Assembly (NCBI GenBank): GCA_030265395.1
Contig: JARFYF010000017.1
Span: 39,835,006 to 39,899,005 of the forward strand
Source of the DNA: Rhina ancylostomus
Lineage: Eukaryota
Reading direction: 5' to 3'
Length of the DNA stretch: 64,000 nt
How positions within the stretch are numbered: the first letter of the stretch is position 1; the number at the start of each line of letters is the position of its first letter. Under the pieces are notes generated by a model. That model saw only the letters and a program-made list of their open reading frames with translations. It had not been told where the DNA came from and made no database searches. A program made the translations under genes and the position numbers. This document shows positions 13,243-26,560 of this stretch, piece after piece.

Positions 13243-15194
13243 AGCTCAGAACCCTATTTAGCATGTTAATGTTATTACAGCTCATCTAATTCTTTTTGGG
13301 TGGTATCAGCTCTGACCTCTTAACCACTTGATTTGATAAATAATCCAAAAATTTACACATCTACCCATCTGCCTTTTGTGAACAACTGCAGTTATTTTTT
13401 TTGAGATTGATGGCTTTAATAAAAGCTAAATTTTGCCTGATGGGCAAAGACTTTAATGTCGACACAGAGAACTGGAGACTGAGAACATTCCTGAAAGTGT
13501 TGGCCCACTGACAATCATTAAAAATAAATGAAATAACAAAGAGAAAATGCTGGCAGTTCGGAGAAGAGTTAGATAGTTTTTTTCCCCCCATTTTTAGAAG
13601 CCCACTGGTCTGGATTTTTGCATCATGTTATTTGAACATGGGCAGTAGTCCTTCGAAAATTTTCTGCTTTTTTTCCAAATTCCCAGCATGTTTTTCTCCC
13701 CCCCCCACCAAATTTCAATTTACAAAAAAAAACTGATGTGTTAATGCCCGTGTCAAAGGCAAAGAAATATCATTCGCGCATTAAATGTTTAGTTTCCAAC
13801 TTCATCAACAGTAATGTTTACTTTTCATTAAAACAATAAGTTTGTTAACTAGATTCTCAATATGTGGTAACCAGAGCAATGAGCATTATGTTATAGGTCG
13901 CTGTCGTTCAGATACTTTCCATGTGCACTCTGGAATGCTTCCTTTATTTTTACAACCAAGCATAACATATTGGGTAGGAATGCAAATAATTTTCAGATTT
14001 GGCAATACCATCTCCAGTCATCTGCATCTGGTGTCAGCAAACACAGATTGAGATACTGGAATCCAAATGTCAAATCCAGTTAAAGTTATGCAGTCACATT
14101 AAGTAACAACTAGAATGAGATAAAACAGAAAATTCTGGGGAATAAAAGAAACTCTGCAGTTATCCCTTGAATGGTCTCAGATCTGAATTGGATACTGTTT
14201 CTTCTTCCATTGGTGCCGCCTGACCTGCTGAGATTTTCCAGTATTTTTAGTTTTTATTTCAGATTTCCAGTATCTGCAGATTTTAAAAATTTTCATCAAT
14301 GAGTACAAGTTGTGTAAACTTTAACTGGAAAACTATCTAAAAGTTGCTGCCTATAACTTTGGTACTGTTGAGTTCTGGAAGAAGGAAGATAGAAATTCCT
14401 GTTAGTTCACCTGAACTACAATTTTGTCCCTTTAATAATAAGGGGGAAAACACTGAGCACTGCTTCCATTATGATCTTGTTGACACAGTAGAGAACTGAT
14501 TTTCTTGAACCCAAAGAAAAAAAAATCAGTTAAAATCATAATCTTGCTTTGCTATCGTTCAGTAATTCCTTCTTTTGATCATTACCAGGGACCAATGAGC
14601 ATTGGCCAGTGCGAAGCAATGACAATACAGTTTGTCAGTGGCAAAGTCATGCACCGATCCGAAGATCAGAACAAAAATGCAGCCATTGCTTGAGAATCAA
14701 TTACGTTTCCTGGGGTGAACAAATCATCGCCAGCTTTAATGACACTAAAATTGAAAGAGTCATCGTATATAATTGAATAGTCATATTTCCTCAGAAATCC
14801 TACGGATTTACTCAGAGCATCTCCCATTTCTGCTGGGTAATTTGGCCCAAGTACTGCCTCATGAGTAAATGGGATTTCTGGCCAGATTCCACTGAAGGTA
14901 TGACAGCAGAAGCTCACAGGCAGTGTACTTTAGCGTAGATTTTTTTTTATTCATTTGAAACTATCAGCACTATTCTCTACTGTAACTTGCTTCCACTGGG
15001 GCCTACTGATATCACTGTTTAGAAATGACACCATGTAAATAAGCAATCAGCCTCATTAGTGCAAATTTGGTTTCCACATAAGTTGGTGTCCTTGTTCCAT
15101 GCCCATTTTCCTGTATTCACTCTGTTCTTCCCTATTCACGTAGCCTCTGCTCCAATTGCTAACAGCAGTAGTAACTTCCTCAGCCTCACTGCCT

Positions 15195-15850
15195 TACAAC
15201 ATAGAACAGTACAGCACAAGAACAGGACCTTTATCCCAGGATGTGTGTGTCAACAATGATGCCAAATTGAACTAATCCCACGAGACTGCACGTGATCTAT
15301 ATCCCTCCTGTCTAAATGCCTCTTAAACACTGCTTTCATGTCTGCTTAACCATCACCACTGGCAGCCCTTACAGGCACCTACCACTTACTGTGTAAAAAA
15401 AAGTTTGCCCCACATATCTCCTTTAAACTTCCCTCCTCTCACCTTAATGTCCTCTAGTATTTGATGATAGGCAAAAGACTCTACCTACCTATGCTACCTA
15501 CATCTCTCATAATTTTATAAACTTCTATCCGTTCTCCCCTGGGCCTCTGGCACTCCAGAGAAAACAATCCAAGCTTGTCCAAACCCTCCATATATCTAAT
15601 ACTCTCTAATCCAGGCAGCATGCTGGTGAACCATTCCTGGACGTGGAGTTTGGGAATTTGCCACACACACACGACAAGTTTAGTTAGTTTTTGGGAGTTA
15701 ATGTNNNNNNNNNNATACAGCTGCAACATGACTTCCTCTCATACTCACTGCTCCAGCCAATGAAGGTGAGCCTTCTTTACCACCCTATCCCACTCCTGTG
15801 CCACCTTCAGGGAATTATCGACATGCACCCCAAGATCCCTCTGTACATTT
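15195..15850 (-). mobile_element. CR1/HER1 LINE 3' fragment
   Basis: ORF 15481-15729 contains FTSMLPGLESIRYMEGLDKLGLFSLECQRPRGERIEVYKIMR; the tail catagaacagtacagcaca lies at about 15200. Confidence 0.88.
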
Positions 15851-17429
15851 GTAAGTAAAAGAAGTTTCTCCCAAATCTTTGTGCTAAATCCTTTCCATTT
15901 AATTTTCTATCCATGCTCATCTCATCTTAGACCCCTCAGTCACTGGAAATAATCCGCTCGACTTTCTTTGCCTCATTTTGCCGTAATTTTAAATGCATCA
16001 GGCCGCTCATTCCCTAATTTTAAACACAGCCTCAATTATTCAAATCTTTATTTGATTTTTGACCAGGCAGCTCAGAGAATTTTCAATGTGCCCTCAAAAT
16101 CTTCTACCACTGTAAAACACCCTGATAGTGAAGGAAGACAGAGAACATTTTCACTTGCGGGAGTGGATCACCTCCAAGAGTTAAAGTGATCTGATTGTCA
16201 ACGAGAACTTCAGAGGCAACTTCTTTACCAGAGACTGGCGTTAGTGTGAATCTACCAGGATTAGTGAGACAACGTATAGGATACATTTAAAGGAAGCTGG
16301 ATATGCATATTAGAAAGTGACTAGAATGTTATGGTGATCGAGTTAGGTGAGGAAGGATGCTCGAGCTGGGCAGAGACACCAACCTGGACTTGTTGGGCAG
16401 ACGTGCAGCCAATGGTGAGCAGCAACAGGGAGCCCTGATGGCGAGACCTGTGCATCAATAGGACCTTCCATGTTATACTGGGTTCACGGGGTGGGCTAAG
16501 ACAAGGCCTGCCCACAAAATAGAGAACCTTTGACAGTGGCCGACTCCCATGGCCCACCCATTCCCAAGTCCAACTGCCTTCTGTTATACCATCAGCCATG
16601 AATTCCATCAGCTTTTCAGAACCATTTTAATTACTTTCTGTACTTGACCCCAAAATCTCCCTTCATGTAAAGCTTCCCTGCCGAGAATACACAAGTTTTC
16701 AAGCATCTATGAATGAATTAAACCAATAGCACAGAAACATAAATCAAAACCAAAACTGATTCCTCTGCAGAGACTGTACCAGCAATCAGTCATCTCATTA
16801 TGTTATATGCAGATAAACATAAAACAGCGCCTAAAGCCTTCACATCCATAAGTAAATAATGAGGCAATGGATAGCAGACGAATTTGACAGACTTGCTTAA
16901 AATTAACACGTTCTTTCCACCAGTTCAGGTGTCCAAGGTGAGGGGAGAAATTTGCTCAGTACCTTTGGGTGGCATTTCAATTAACATCAAACTTATCTTT
17001 TAATTTCTCTCCAATGTTTGTTTATTCCTTCCTTCATTCCATTCATCCTGTGAAAAATAACTGGGGTAATTTTAACCTCAAAAATGACTGTGTTTGGAGA
17101 GGGTGGGAAGATGGGAATTGACAAGTGCCAACCCTAAACTACTCAGTTCCGGATTCAACAGTAGTGGGAAGAATGTGTCTCAATAGTGGGAGAGCGGGCA
17201 GATAATTAGCTCATGCCAGGGAGTAGCATTGTTACTTAAATACGTTAATGAGACAAAGTGTCTCAGATTTATTGTCTGTACCAGATTTAAGGCTGGTCGG
17301 TCTGGTCTCCCGGTCCTTTGGCAGCTAAAGCAAGTTGAGCATTACTCCAGGGAAGAGGGAAATGTTTACATTCACTGTTTTTCAGCTGTGGGGACGATGT
17401 CCCCAAGCATTCTGCTTTCCCCAGTGATT

Positions 17430-17650
17430 GGAAGATACACCCTTGTGAGCGAATGACCCCGCCGACCATCATTCTCCAAACTACAACCTCCTTGTATTGT
17501 CTTTGTGGTCTCCACAGGCCCTCTGAGATATTCATTCTCTCCTTTATAATTTCTATGGATGTTTCATTAACATTCACCATCCCCCCGGCCACCTGATTTC
17601 TCCACCCCGTAACACTGATATCCTCTCCCATCCTTTGGTCATGCTTCCTG
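17430..17650 (+). mobile_element. Very degenerate Penelope-like fragment
   Basis: Resembles the PLVLT..IIL.N..HLQ.DPT..IF segment also seen at 6400-6540. Confidence 0.4.
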
Positions 17651-18044
17651 CTTCCTTTCTGTTCCGTGGCTGGACCCTGGTGTTAAACCAGTGATAAGGA
17701 TGCCAAGCTGGTGTCAAAGAGTGCCCACCTCCCCCAGCCAGGCCCTCTCAATCTAAGAGATGGCAGATTATTAGAAAATTAGGAATCAGACCCTGACATT
17801 AAATTCCAGACCTGCGGCTCTCCCACCCACAAAACCAATCCCGCAACTCGGATCCTGTTAATCACTGTGGCCAACATTTCTAGACGCCTTACATTTCCTG
17901 AAACAAGTGATTTACAATTCTGCGTGCTAAAGAAACAGGCCTCTTATTGATTTCTTTAGAGAACTTCACTCTCCCATTGTTAAGAAACAGAGCACAGGTT
18001 CACAAGTAGTGCAAGGTCTCTAGTGATGCATTGTCTAAATCACT

Positions 18045-18160
18045 ACTGACCAATGGCTCTGAATTCCACCATCACGAAGTACTTGGAGAGGCTGGTCATG
18101 GCACGCATCAACTCCAGCCTCCCAGACAACCTTGATCCACTGCAATTCGCCTGCTGCCTA
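18045..18160 (+). mobile_element. Rex1/Babar RT fragment
   Basis: PMALNSTITKYLERLVMARINSSLPDNLDPLQFA. Confidence 0.85.
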
Positions 18161-18519
18161 AATAATTAAAGTAGAGGCAGCTAAAAGAAAATATTTGCTT
18201 CACAAAAATCATCCAGGTTTTCCTGTGTTGATCACTACCCTGATTCTCTTATTACAAGATACTTGGGCCAAGGTAGTTTAGGGATAAGATTGGCCTTACC
18301 CGTGAAGTGTTACATCAGCAAACAGTCAAATGATTTTTTTTGCCATAAGCAGGACCAAACAACAACAAAAATAGACGAGGTCCTGCAGCGTGTTTACTTG
18401 TGTCATACAAGTCCTTGCTTTCTAGCACAGAGGGGATGAAAAGGACGGGGAAGTATATTGGGTAGGAAAAGGAAATGCAATCTGTGAGACACTGTACTCT
18501 TTTTACATTTAGATCTATG

Positions 18520-19438
18520 TTCAGATCTTGTGCTGATCAGCTGGTGAGGGTATTTGCAGAAATATTTAACCTCTCCCTGCTTCAATCTGAGGTTCCCACT
18601 GTTTTAAGAAGACCACTATCATCCTGGCACCTAAGAAAAACAAGGTAACATGCTTTAATGACTTCCGACCAGTGGCNNNNNNNNNNNNNNNNNNNNNNNN
18701 NNNNNNNNNNNNNNNNNNNNNNNNNNNNNNNNNNNNNNNNNNNNNNNNNNNNNNNNNNNNNNNNNNNNNNNNNNNNNNNNNNNNNNNNNNNNNNNCCTCT
18801 ATTCCTCAGGAGGCTAAAGAAATTTGGCATGTACCCTTTGACACTCACCAACTTTTATTGATGCACCATAGAAAGCAAGACGGCTTGGTATGGCAACTGC
18901 TCTGCCCAGGACCGCAAGAAACTGCAGAGAGTTGTAGACACAGCCCAACACATCACAGAAACCAGCCTCCCCTCCTTGCACTCTGTCTTTACCTCTCGCT
19001 GCCTTGGTGAAGCAGCCAGCATAATCAAGGACCCCACCCACTTGAGTCATTCTCTCTCCTCTCCCATTAGGCAGAAGATACAGTTAATTCAACAAGAAAT
19101 AGAGGTCTAACCCAGGATTTGTGTAGGAGCCTGAGGGCACGTACCACCAGGCTCATGGACAGCTTCTATCCCACGGCGATAAGACTATTGAACGTCACCC
19201 TTATACAACGAGATGGCCTCTTGCCCTCACAATCTACCTTGTTTGACCTTGCACCTTTCTGTCTACCTGCAACGCACTTCCCTGTAGCTGTGACAAATTA
19301 CTCGGTATTCTGTTATTGTTTTTACCCTGTACTACCTCAATGCGCTGTGTAATGAATTGATCTGTACGAACTGTACGCAAGACAAGTTTTTCACTCTACC
19401 TCAGTACAAGTAGCAATAATAAACCAATACCAATACAT
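18520..19438 (+). mobile_element. Rex1/Babar LINE, middle collapsed into a gap
   Basis: SCADQLVRVFAEIFNLSLLQSEVPT..KKNKVTCFNDFRPVA, then a gap, then FLRRLKKFGM..AWYGNCSAQDRKKLQRVV..RSLRARTTRL.DSFYPTAIRLLN. The tail is aataataaaccaataccaatac. Confidence 0.92.
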
Positions 19439-20184
19439 TCCGTGGCCAATTTTCTCCTACCACTAGCCTTAGGACCTTTTTGGGTACAACACTAGTCACC
19501 CACACTCCTTTCTCAGCTGTGTGCTGGCCAGCTGAGTACAGACAGTTGATGATTTTTGGCCTACTCACCGGTGACAGATACTTAGCTGTGTGCAATCAGA
19601 AACAGCTTTACAATGCTCTTTAAACCAGATGTGCTGACACCAATTATTATGTCCCATTCCCTTCCCAACCCACATTGCCTCAGCTCTACCAGGGATCAAT
19701 TAATTCAATAAGAAATAGATATCTAACCCAGGATTTGTGTGTAGCCAGAGTGAGAACAGCCACTCATTAATGTTTTCTAGAATCATGCAATACATTTGTG
19801 CAGAACGTAACAGTCACGGATGTTAGACCAAGACTGTTTGTTGCAAAGGAAGTTCAGCTTGAAGGTTAATGCACCAGAATTACATGTCAAAACCACTTAA
19901 ACCACTGCTGATGCATGCTGTCACAAAGCACAATATTGTGTTCAGCTTCATAAAGCCTTTCTGCCAGCAGACAATACACTCCATCTGGAGTGGGCCTGAT
20001 AAGTTTATACTCTTTTGAAGTACATTTTCAAAAGCCACAAACTTTAGTCATGCTTATTATTCACCCAGTCTCAGCAATGCAAATATTCATCTGTCTACAG
20101 ATTGATCCAGTGTGTGCCTCTGTAATCAACACCTTGCTTTTGTCAGTGTAGGATCGTTGCTTTAAATTCCTAACCACCTGTGCT

Positions 20185-23100
20185 TTCATTCAACCATAAG
20201 ATGTGGCCATTGCCAGCAGGACGAGCATTTTCCACCCATCCCAATCAGTCAAAACCCGATGGCAAGTCACATTTAACTGCCGCTAATTAGAGAGGTGCAG
20301 ATTTTTGACTCTGCACAATGAAAGAAGATGCATTTCCAAATCATGATGATGTGTTACTTTGAAGGGAGCTTGCAAGATAGTGGTGTTTCTGCTTCCCCTG
20401 TGTGCTAGAGGCCACACATTTGGGACATGTGCCTGAAAAAGTCTAGTTGAGTAACTGCTGTGTATTTGGCAGATGGTACACAGTGCAACTAGTGTTATCT
20501 AGTGGGAGGAGTGAATATTTAGGGTGGGGGTGTTAGAGCACTAATCAAGCAGGCTGCTTTGACCTGGATGGTGTTGAGGTTCTTCAGTGGTGTTGGGACT
20601 GCACTTTTCCAGTCAAGTGCAGAGTATTATGTCACACTCCTGACCTGAGCCTTGTAGTTGTTGGAGTGCCTTCTCCACATCAGGAGGTCGTGACAAGATA
20701 CCCGGCTCCCTACTGCCCTCGCAGCCAAGTATTCATGTGGCTCGTTCAGTTGAGTTTCTGCTCGATGGTGACCCGTCGAGGTGTTGGTGGTGGGGCACTT
20801 GAGGATGGCAATGCCATTGAATGCCAAGTGCAGAGGGTTGGACTCTCTTGTTGGAGATGGTCATCGTCTGTCCCTTGCATGGCATTACCAAAGCTTGCCA
20901 CTTATTAGCTCATATCAGAACATTGCCCGTTTTGTTTTGCTGCGTGTTCACGGACTACTTTGTCATCTGCAGACCTGTGAATGGAACTGAGCACTGTGCA
21001 GCAATCAATCAATATCTCTACTTCTGGAATTATAATTGATAGTTCAGGGACTCACGAGCAATGACTTGGGGCAGAAATAATTGGAGTGTTTCCCATCAAC
21101 TCTAATTTAACGAGTGATCCCTGATATGATGCTTCATCAAATGCTGCCACAATATAACACAGAATCACTCTCACCTCAGGTCTGGAATTGAGCACTCTTG
21201 CTCATGCGTGAACAGCAGTTATAATGAGGTCTGGAGCCCAGTAGCCCTGACAGAACCAAAGTAAGCATCGACGACCAGCTTATTGGTATGTGCGTGCCAC
21301 CTTGGAGTCGATGTCACCTGTTGATGACAGCTTCCATCACCTTACTAATGAGTTAGAGAAGACCACTGGGGCACAAATTGCAGGATCAAACTGGTTTTGT
21401 TCATTATGGACACGACATGGTTGCGGAGTATTCTGCACTGTTAGGACTATGTCAGTCATGTTGATGTACAGGAATAGCCTTGCCAGAGATACAACTAATC
21501 TTTAGTGATGTAGCCAGGGTGTTATTAGGGCACATAACCTTAGTTGTAACCACTGTATTCAGCTGTTTCTGATACAAGACTGACTTCTGTGATGATGGGG
21601 ATCTCAAAAGGAGCTGGAAAGAATTCATCTGGTCGATGCCTTGGCTGAATATGGCTGCAATGCTTCAGATCATGAAAATCAAGAAACTGCAGACGCTGCA
21701 AATCTGAACTAAAAACAGAAAATGCTGCAAACACTCAGCAGGTCAGGTCAAGTCTAGGGAAAGAGAAACAGGGTTAATGCCAGAACATCCAATGAAGGAT
21801 CTTCGACCTGAAACAGTAGACTCCCTGAACTATTAATCATAATTTCAACAGGACGGGTATGTTAACATAGAACACTGCAGCACAGTTACAGGCCCTTCGG
21901 CCCACAATGTTGTGCTGACATTTTATCCTGCTCTAAGATCTATCTAACCCTTCCNNNNNNNNNNNNNNNNNNNNNNNNNNNNNNNNNNNNNNNNNNNNNN
22001 NNNNNNNNNNNNNNNNNNNNNNNNNNNNNNNNNNNNNNNNNNNNNNNNNNNNNNGTACAGGCCCTTCGGCCCACAATGTTGTGCTGACATTTTATCCTGC
22101 TCTAAGATCTATCTAACCCTTCCCTCCCACACAGCTCTCCATTTCTCTATCATTCATGTGTCCATCTAAGAGTCTCTTAAATGTTCTCTTCCTGTTAATG
22201 CCTCCTCTTCCTGTTAATTATTTAAGTGTCCGTCACTCAAGACAAGGATGTGGCAAGATTGTAAATCATTCAGGATTTATGATGTGAAATATTAAACTCT
22301 TTCTCTCTCCACAAAAGCTTCTGACCTGCTCCATATTTCCAGCATCTGCAATATTTTCCTTTTTATTGAGCTTTAATCTGATCTGTTCAGCAGTGAGATC
22401 ATTCTGCTGTCCGAGAGCACACTGGCAGTCTTTCGCTGTGACATTTCCAGTTGCCTTCTCAACTGTAGGTGCACCTGCTGGAGGTCCCAGCGTGTTCTTC
22501 TACACCCCACAGTGAGCCAGGACTCGTTCCCTCACCTCATAGTGTGGTTACAGGTTGTGGTGGACTGAAAGTTCATCGGCACTGATCGCTCACAGTACTA
22601 CATGGTTTCCCAGTTCTGACACACCAGATCTGATATTTCACTTCCTCATATCTATACTGTAACAAGATGGAGGGCCTCTTCAGTCTGACTTTGGAAGAAC
22701 TATTTGGTGGTCACTATTACCAATGCTGTCGTGAGCCAATACTCTGGTACAGATAGTTCGGTGAAAGCAGGGTCAGATAGACCTTTCCCTATGCTGCTTC
22801 TCTTATCAGCTGCCTCTGGGCCAGTCTGGTAACCATGTCCTTCAGTTCTCGCCTGGCTTGGTCAGTGATGATACGATCACACCATTCTTGGTGAAGGACA
22901 ACAAGTTCTTTGCCAGGAGTATATTCCATTGCATTATTCCCCTCAATACTTCTTCTCAGTGCTGTTGAAGAGAGAGGAGCCTGGAGCCATCACCTGTGGG
23001 AAGGCAGTAGGAGGCTCGCTTGCACATGTTTGACTCAATGCCACAGGACTTCATGAGGCCTGGTGTCAATGTTGTGGGCTCTCTTAACTCCCTCCCATCT

Positions 23101-23290
23101 ATATACTTCTGTGTTACCGCAACAGGTGGATCTATTCCATCAGAGAGACTGGGCACGCCCAGGAATGGCGATAGAGGAGTGTGGGACACTGGCTGAAAGT
23201 AAATTTCTGTGAATGTGATTACGTCAGTCTCTTGATTAACTAATATGCTGGTTCTCCAATTCTGCCAGGTGTATGCTAGTGGGGGAAGAC
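20185..23290 (-). mobile_element. Long decayed copy of the second CR1-superfamily LINE (endonuclease to 3' UTR) with nested inserts
   Basis: Minus-strand remnants LVNQETDVITFTEIY (APE endonuclease N-terminus, about 23250), AFNGIAI and YKAQVRSV (20630-20830). The 3' UTR at about 20185-20400 is similar to 9950-10130. Confidence 0.75.
21865..22190 (-). mobile_element. CR1/HER1 3' tail (duplicated across a gap)
   Basis: catagaacactgcagcacagttacaggcccttcggcccacaatgttgtgc. Confidence 0.85.
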
Positions 23291-23364
23291 TTTGCAAGAG
23301 TGGATTAGGTGGTCTGACATTTTTATTCATCTTATGGCTTTTGATGACTTTTTGCTATAACATG

Positions 23365-23800
23365 AGAGCCATTTCAGTTGGCAGTTAAATGCCACCCTAT
23401 TACCCGAGTCCCGAGTCACAAACAAGGTGCATTATTTAGAACAACAGATTTCTTTCCCGTAAGCGAACTTGTGAACTTGATACATTTTAAAGTAAGAGAT
23501 TAGCAATTTTAATGGTTACTATTAGCAAAAGCTTTTAATTCCACATTTATTTAAANNNNNNNNNNNNNNNNNNNNNNNNNNNNNNNNNNNNNNNNNNNNN
23601 NNNNNNNNNNNNNNNNNNNNNNNNNNNNNNNNNNNNNNNNNNNNNNNNNNNNNNNGCAATTTTAATGGTTACTATTAGCAACAGCTTTTAATTCCACATT
23701 TATTTAAAATTTTCAGCTGCTAAAGTGGGATTTGAACTTGCATCTGAGCAGGGCTCTGAACTGCTAGTTCAGCAACCAAGCCACGGTGGTACCTTGCCCA
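23365..23800 (-). mobile_element. tRNA-headed SINE, same family as 28100-28385
   Basis: Head gtgggatttgaact..ctgctagttcag, and a body complementary to the 28140-28300 sequence. Confidence 0.6.
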
Positions 23801-24894
23801 CTATTTCATCTGATCAGCCTAACAATCAAATATGGGTGGAAGGTTTATTAGAAATTTAGCAACAAAGAACCATTGTATAACAGTGATTGAAACATACTTC
23901 AGTCAATAAACCTGAAGGGACTGTTGAGGTTTCAAAACTTAAAGGGTTAGTTTGAACACAGATGAACTTTCCCTGAATCCTGGCAATTATACAATTTCCC
24001 TTTCAAGCATTCTCCAAAAACAATCATTTCCTTGTGTCACAGTCTCCATAATTAATTCAGGGGACAAGGGTGAACCTTTGCAAGTATCTTTCACCAAAAT
24101 TCAGAGCCAGTGATGCTACTCTGTATCCTACTGATGTGCATCCTTATAGATATCAATAGGTGCCCAGCTAATTCAATTCACTTCCCTATAACACTGTTAA
24201 ACTGCTGTGTGTACTCGTCGTGAGGTCATCTATTGCAGTGCTGGTGGCCTGAGTAGCTGAACTACTTAACCAATCACAACTTAATTGATCTCCCTCCAAA
24301 TGGCAGAAGTGGCATCAAGTTACATTATACATCAAGAACCTGCTTACTGTCTCTCAGTTCATGTTCCAACTGAACCATTTGTCTCCAAGCATTATGGCAG
24401 TCCTGATGCAGAGAGCTGAATTCCAGACAACAGTGATTAGCTGCTGTCCATAACAGGGCGCAGTTTGACAGACTACAGAGTGCTCTGGCGAAGGGTCATT
24501 GACCTGGATCGTTTACTCTGTCGCTCTCTCCTCAGATGCTGTCTGACCTGCCGAGCATTTCCTGCTTTATTTCAGAGCTTGGCAGAGGATGGCACCAAAT
24601 CACTGAAGCAAAACTGGAAATGGAATGAAAGGGAAGTCTCTTCTGCACCTTGAGTCACACCTGACGCAAAGGAAGATGACTGCGGTTGTCAGGAGGATGT
24701 CGTCACAGTTCGAGAAGATTACTGCTGAAGTCCTTCAATGAAATGTGTACAATCCTTAAATGTCTAGTCAGTCTTTGTATATCTAACCATTACCCTGTTT
24801 TCCTTTACAAGGCTAGGACAGGACCGTCCATTGACAATTCGATTGTGCTTAGCAACCCCTTCCAAATGACAGCAAGACTGAGACAACAACTGGA

Positions 24895-25095
24895 CTACAC
24901 CAAAAGAAAACAGAAAATGCTGGACACACTCAGCAGGTCAGGCAATATCTGTGGAAAGAGAAACACAGACCCTGACCAATGTTCAACCTGAAATGTTAAC
25001 TCAGTTCTCTTTCCATGTTTGCTGCCCAACCTGCTGAGTGTTTCCAGCATTTTCTGGTTTTGTTTCAGATTTCCACCATCTGAAGTTTTTCTAAT
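24895..25095. repeat. Inverted pair of Penelope-type terminal-repeat units
   Basis: aaaacagaaaatgctggacacactcagcaggtcaggca (from 24907) is complementary to gctgcccaacctgctgagtgtttccagcattttctggtttt (to about 25061). Confidence 0.85.
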
Positions 25096-25249
25096 GTTCA
25101 TCAACAGCTAGAATTGAATTACCAGTGGTGTGCCTTCTACTTAAGTGGCGGGTATTGATTACTCTGAAAGAGAACAAACCAACAAATCCCCTTGTGGCAC
25201 CATCACTGATCCTACCATAGTCAATATCTCTTGGCTCACCACATAAATG

Positions 25250-26170
25250 TTATGACATAGAAAGAGAGATTTGCCCAGCTGAGTCCATGCCCGCTCTCTG
25301 TAGAGCTGTTCTATTTCATTCCCCCACAGCCCCGCAAATTATTTCCCTCATACACCTATCCAATTTCCTCTTGAAAGTCTCAGTTCATTCTACTTTCATC
25401 ACACTAACAGGCAGCGAAGTACAGGTCACCAGCACTCTCCTCACATTCCTCTTGTATCTTTTGTCCTTAGATCTGTGTGTTCTGGTCTCTGAACCCTCTG
25501 CTAATGGGTACAGCTTCCCTCTGTCGAAATACATCATAGTATTGTTCAGCTCTATCAAGTTTTCCTTGAGTTCCTTTGCTCCAAGTAGAACAATCTGATC
25601 TTCTTCAGTACAATCAAGTTGTTGAAATCCCTCATTCCCAGAACCATTTGAGTAAAGCTTTGCTGCTCTCTCTCTCTCACACACACACACACAAACACAG
25701 AGTTCACCTCCTTCCTGAAGTGGGGTGGCCAGAANNNNNNNNNNNNNNNNNNNNNNNNNNNNNNNNNNNNNNNNNNNNNNNNNNNNNNNNNNNNNNNNNN
25801 NNNNNNNNNNNNNNNNNNNNNNNNNNNNNNNNNNGCTGCTCTCTCTCTCTCACACACACACACACAAACACAGAGTTCACATCCTTCCTGAAGTGGGGTG
25901 GCCAGAAGTGGATGCAATACGGGTGCTTCTCTAACCTCTGCTTTAGCTCTCCATGCCTCTATGAAAATCATACACTTTACTAACTGCTCTCTCAATGTGT
26001 CCAACCATTTTCAAAGATTGAAGTACACGCATACCTAGGGCCCTTTGTTCATCCACACCCTTTAGAATTGTGTTATTCATCTATATTATCTGGTTCTTTC
26101 TGATGAAATGTGTCACCTCACACTACCCTATGTAAATTTCATCTGCCACTTGTCTGTGTAAACCTGGATC
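25250..26170 (-). mobile_element. CR1 LINE 3' fragment containing a (CT)n(CA)n microsatellite
   Basis: Minus-strand FWPPHFRK, FTQMVLGMRDF and LKENLIE..LYPLAEGSETRTH remnants. Confidence 0.7.
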
Positions 26171-26284
26171 CACTCACTTGATCTCGTCCTTACCAATCCT
26201 GTGGCTACAAGATCAGGTCAGAGATGGGAGGGGGAGTGTGGGGGGGGGGNNNNNNNNNNNNNNNNNNNNNNNNNNNNNNNNNNN

Positions 26285-26560
26285 CCTTTTGATTCACCAA
26301 GGCCTTTCCATCACAAGTCTGGAACTTGATGGAACACTCCCCACTTGCTCGGATGAGTACAGTTCCAACAACTCTCAAGTAGCACACCACCCTCTAGGAC
26401 AAAGCAGTGCACTTGACGGGCACCCCATCTAGCAGCCCAAACACCGTGTACAGTGCCTGCAGAGTGTACCATCCAGCAGCCCAAATACTCATTCTGTCTA
26501 CCATCAGGGTGCCTGCAGTGTATACCATCTACAAAATGCTTGACTTGTTCCCTGTGGTCC
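26285..26560 (+). mobile_element. Fragment of the second CR1-superfamily LINE
   Basis: QVWNLMEHSPLARMSTVPTTLK..DKAVHLTGTPS, similar to 9730-9840. Confidence 0.7.

Noticed and set aside
17080-17870. Possible Harbinger/hAT-type MITE relics here and at about 33150-33345, 47685-47820 and 49270-49436
   Set aside because: Only vague terminal motifs are visible, and I could not define paired TIRs or target-site duplications.
21887-22143. Direct repeat on both sides of an N gap
   Set aside because: The same sequence flanks the gap on each side, as expected for overlapping contig ends left unmerged, not a real tandem duplication.
23503-23710. ~50-bp duplication around a 100-N gap, with one mismatch
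   Set aside because: Probably two haplotypes joined across a placeholder gap. The same pattern occurs at 25660-25910, 60957-61082 and 62447-62632.
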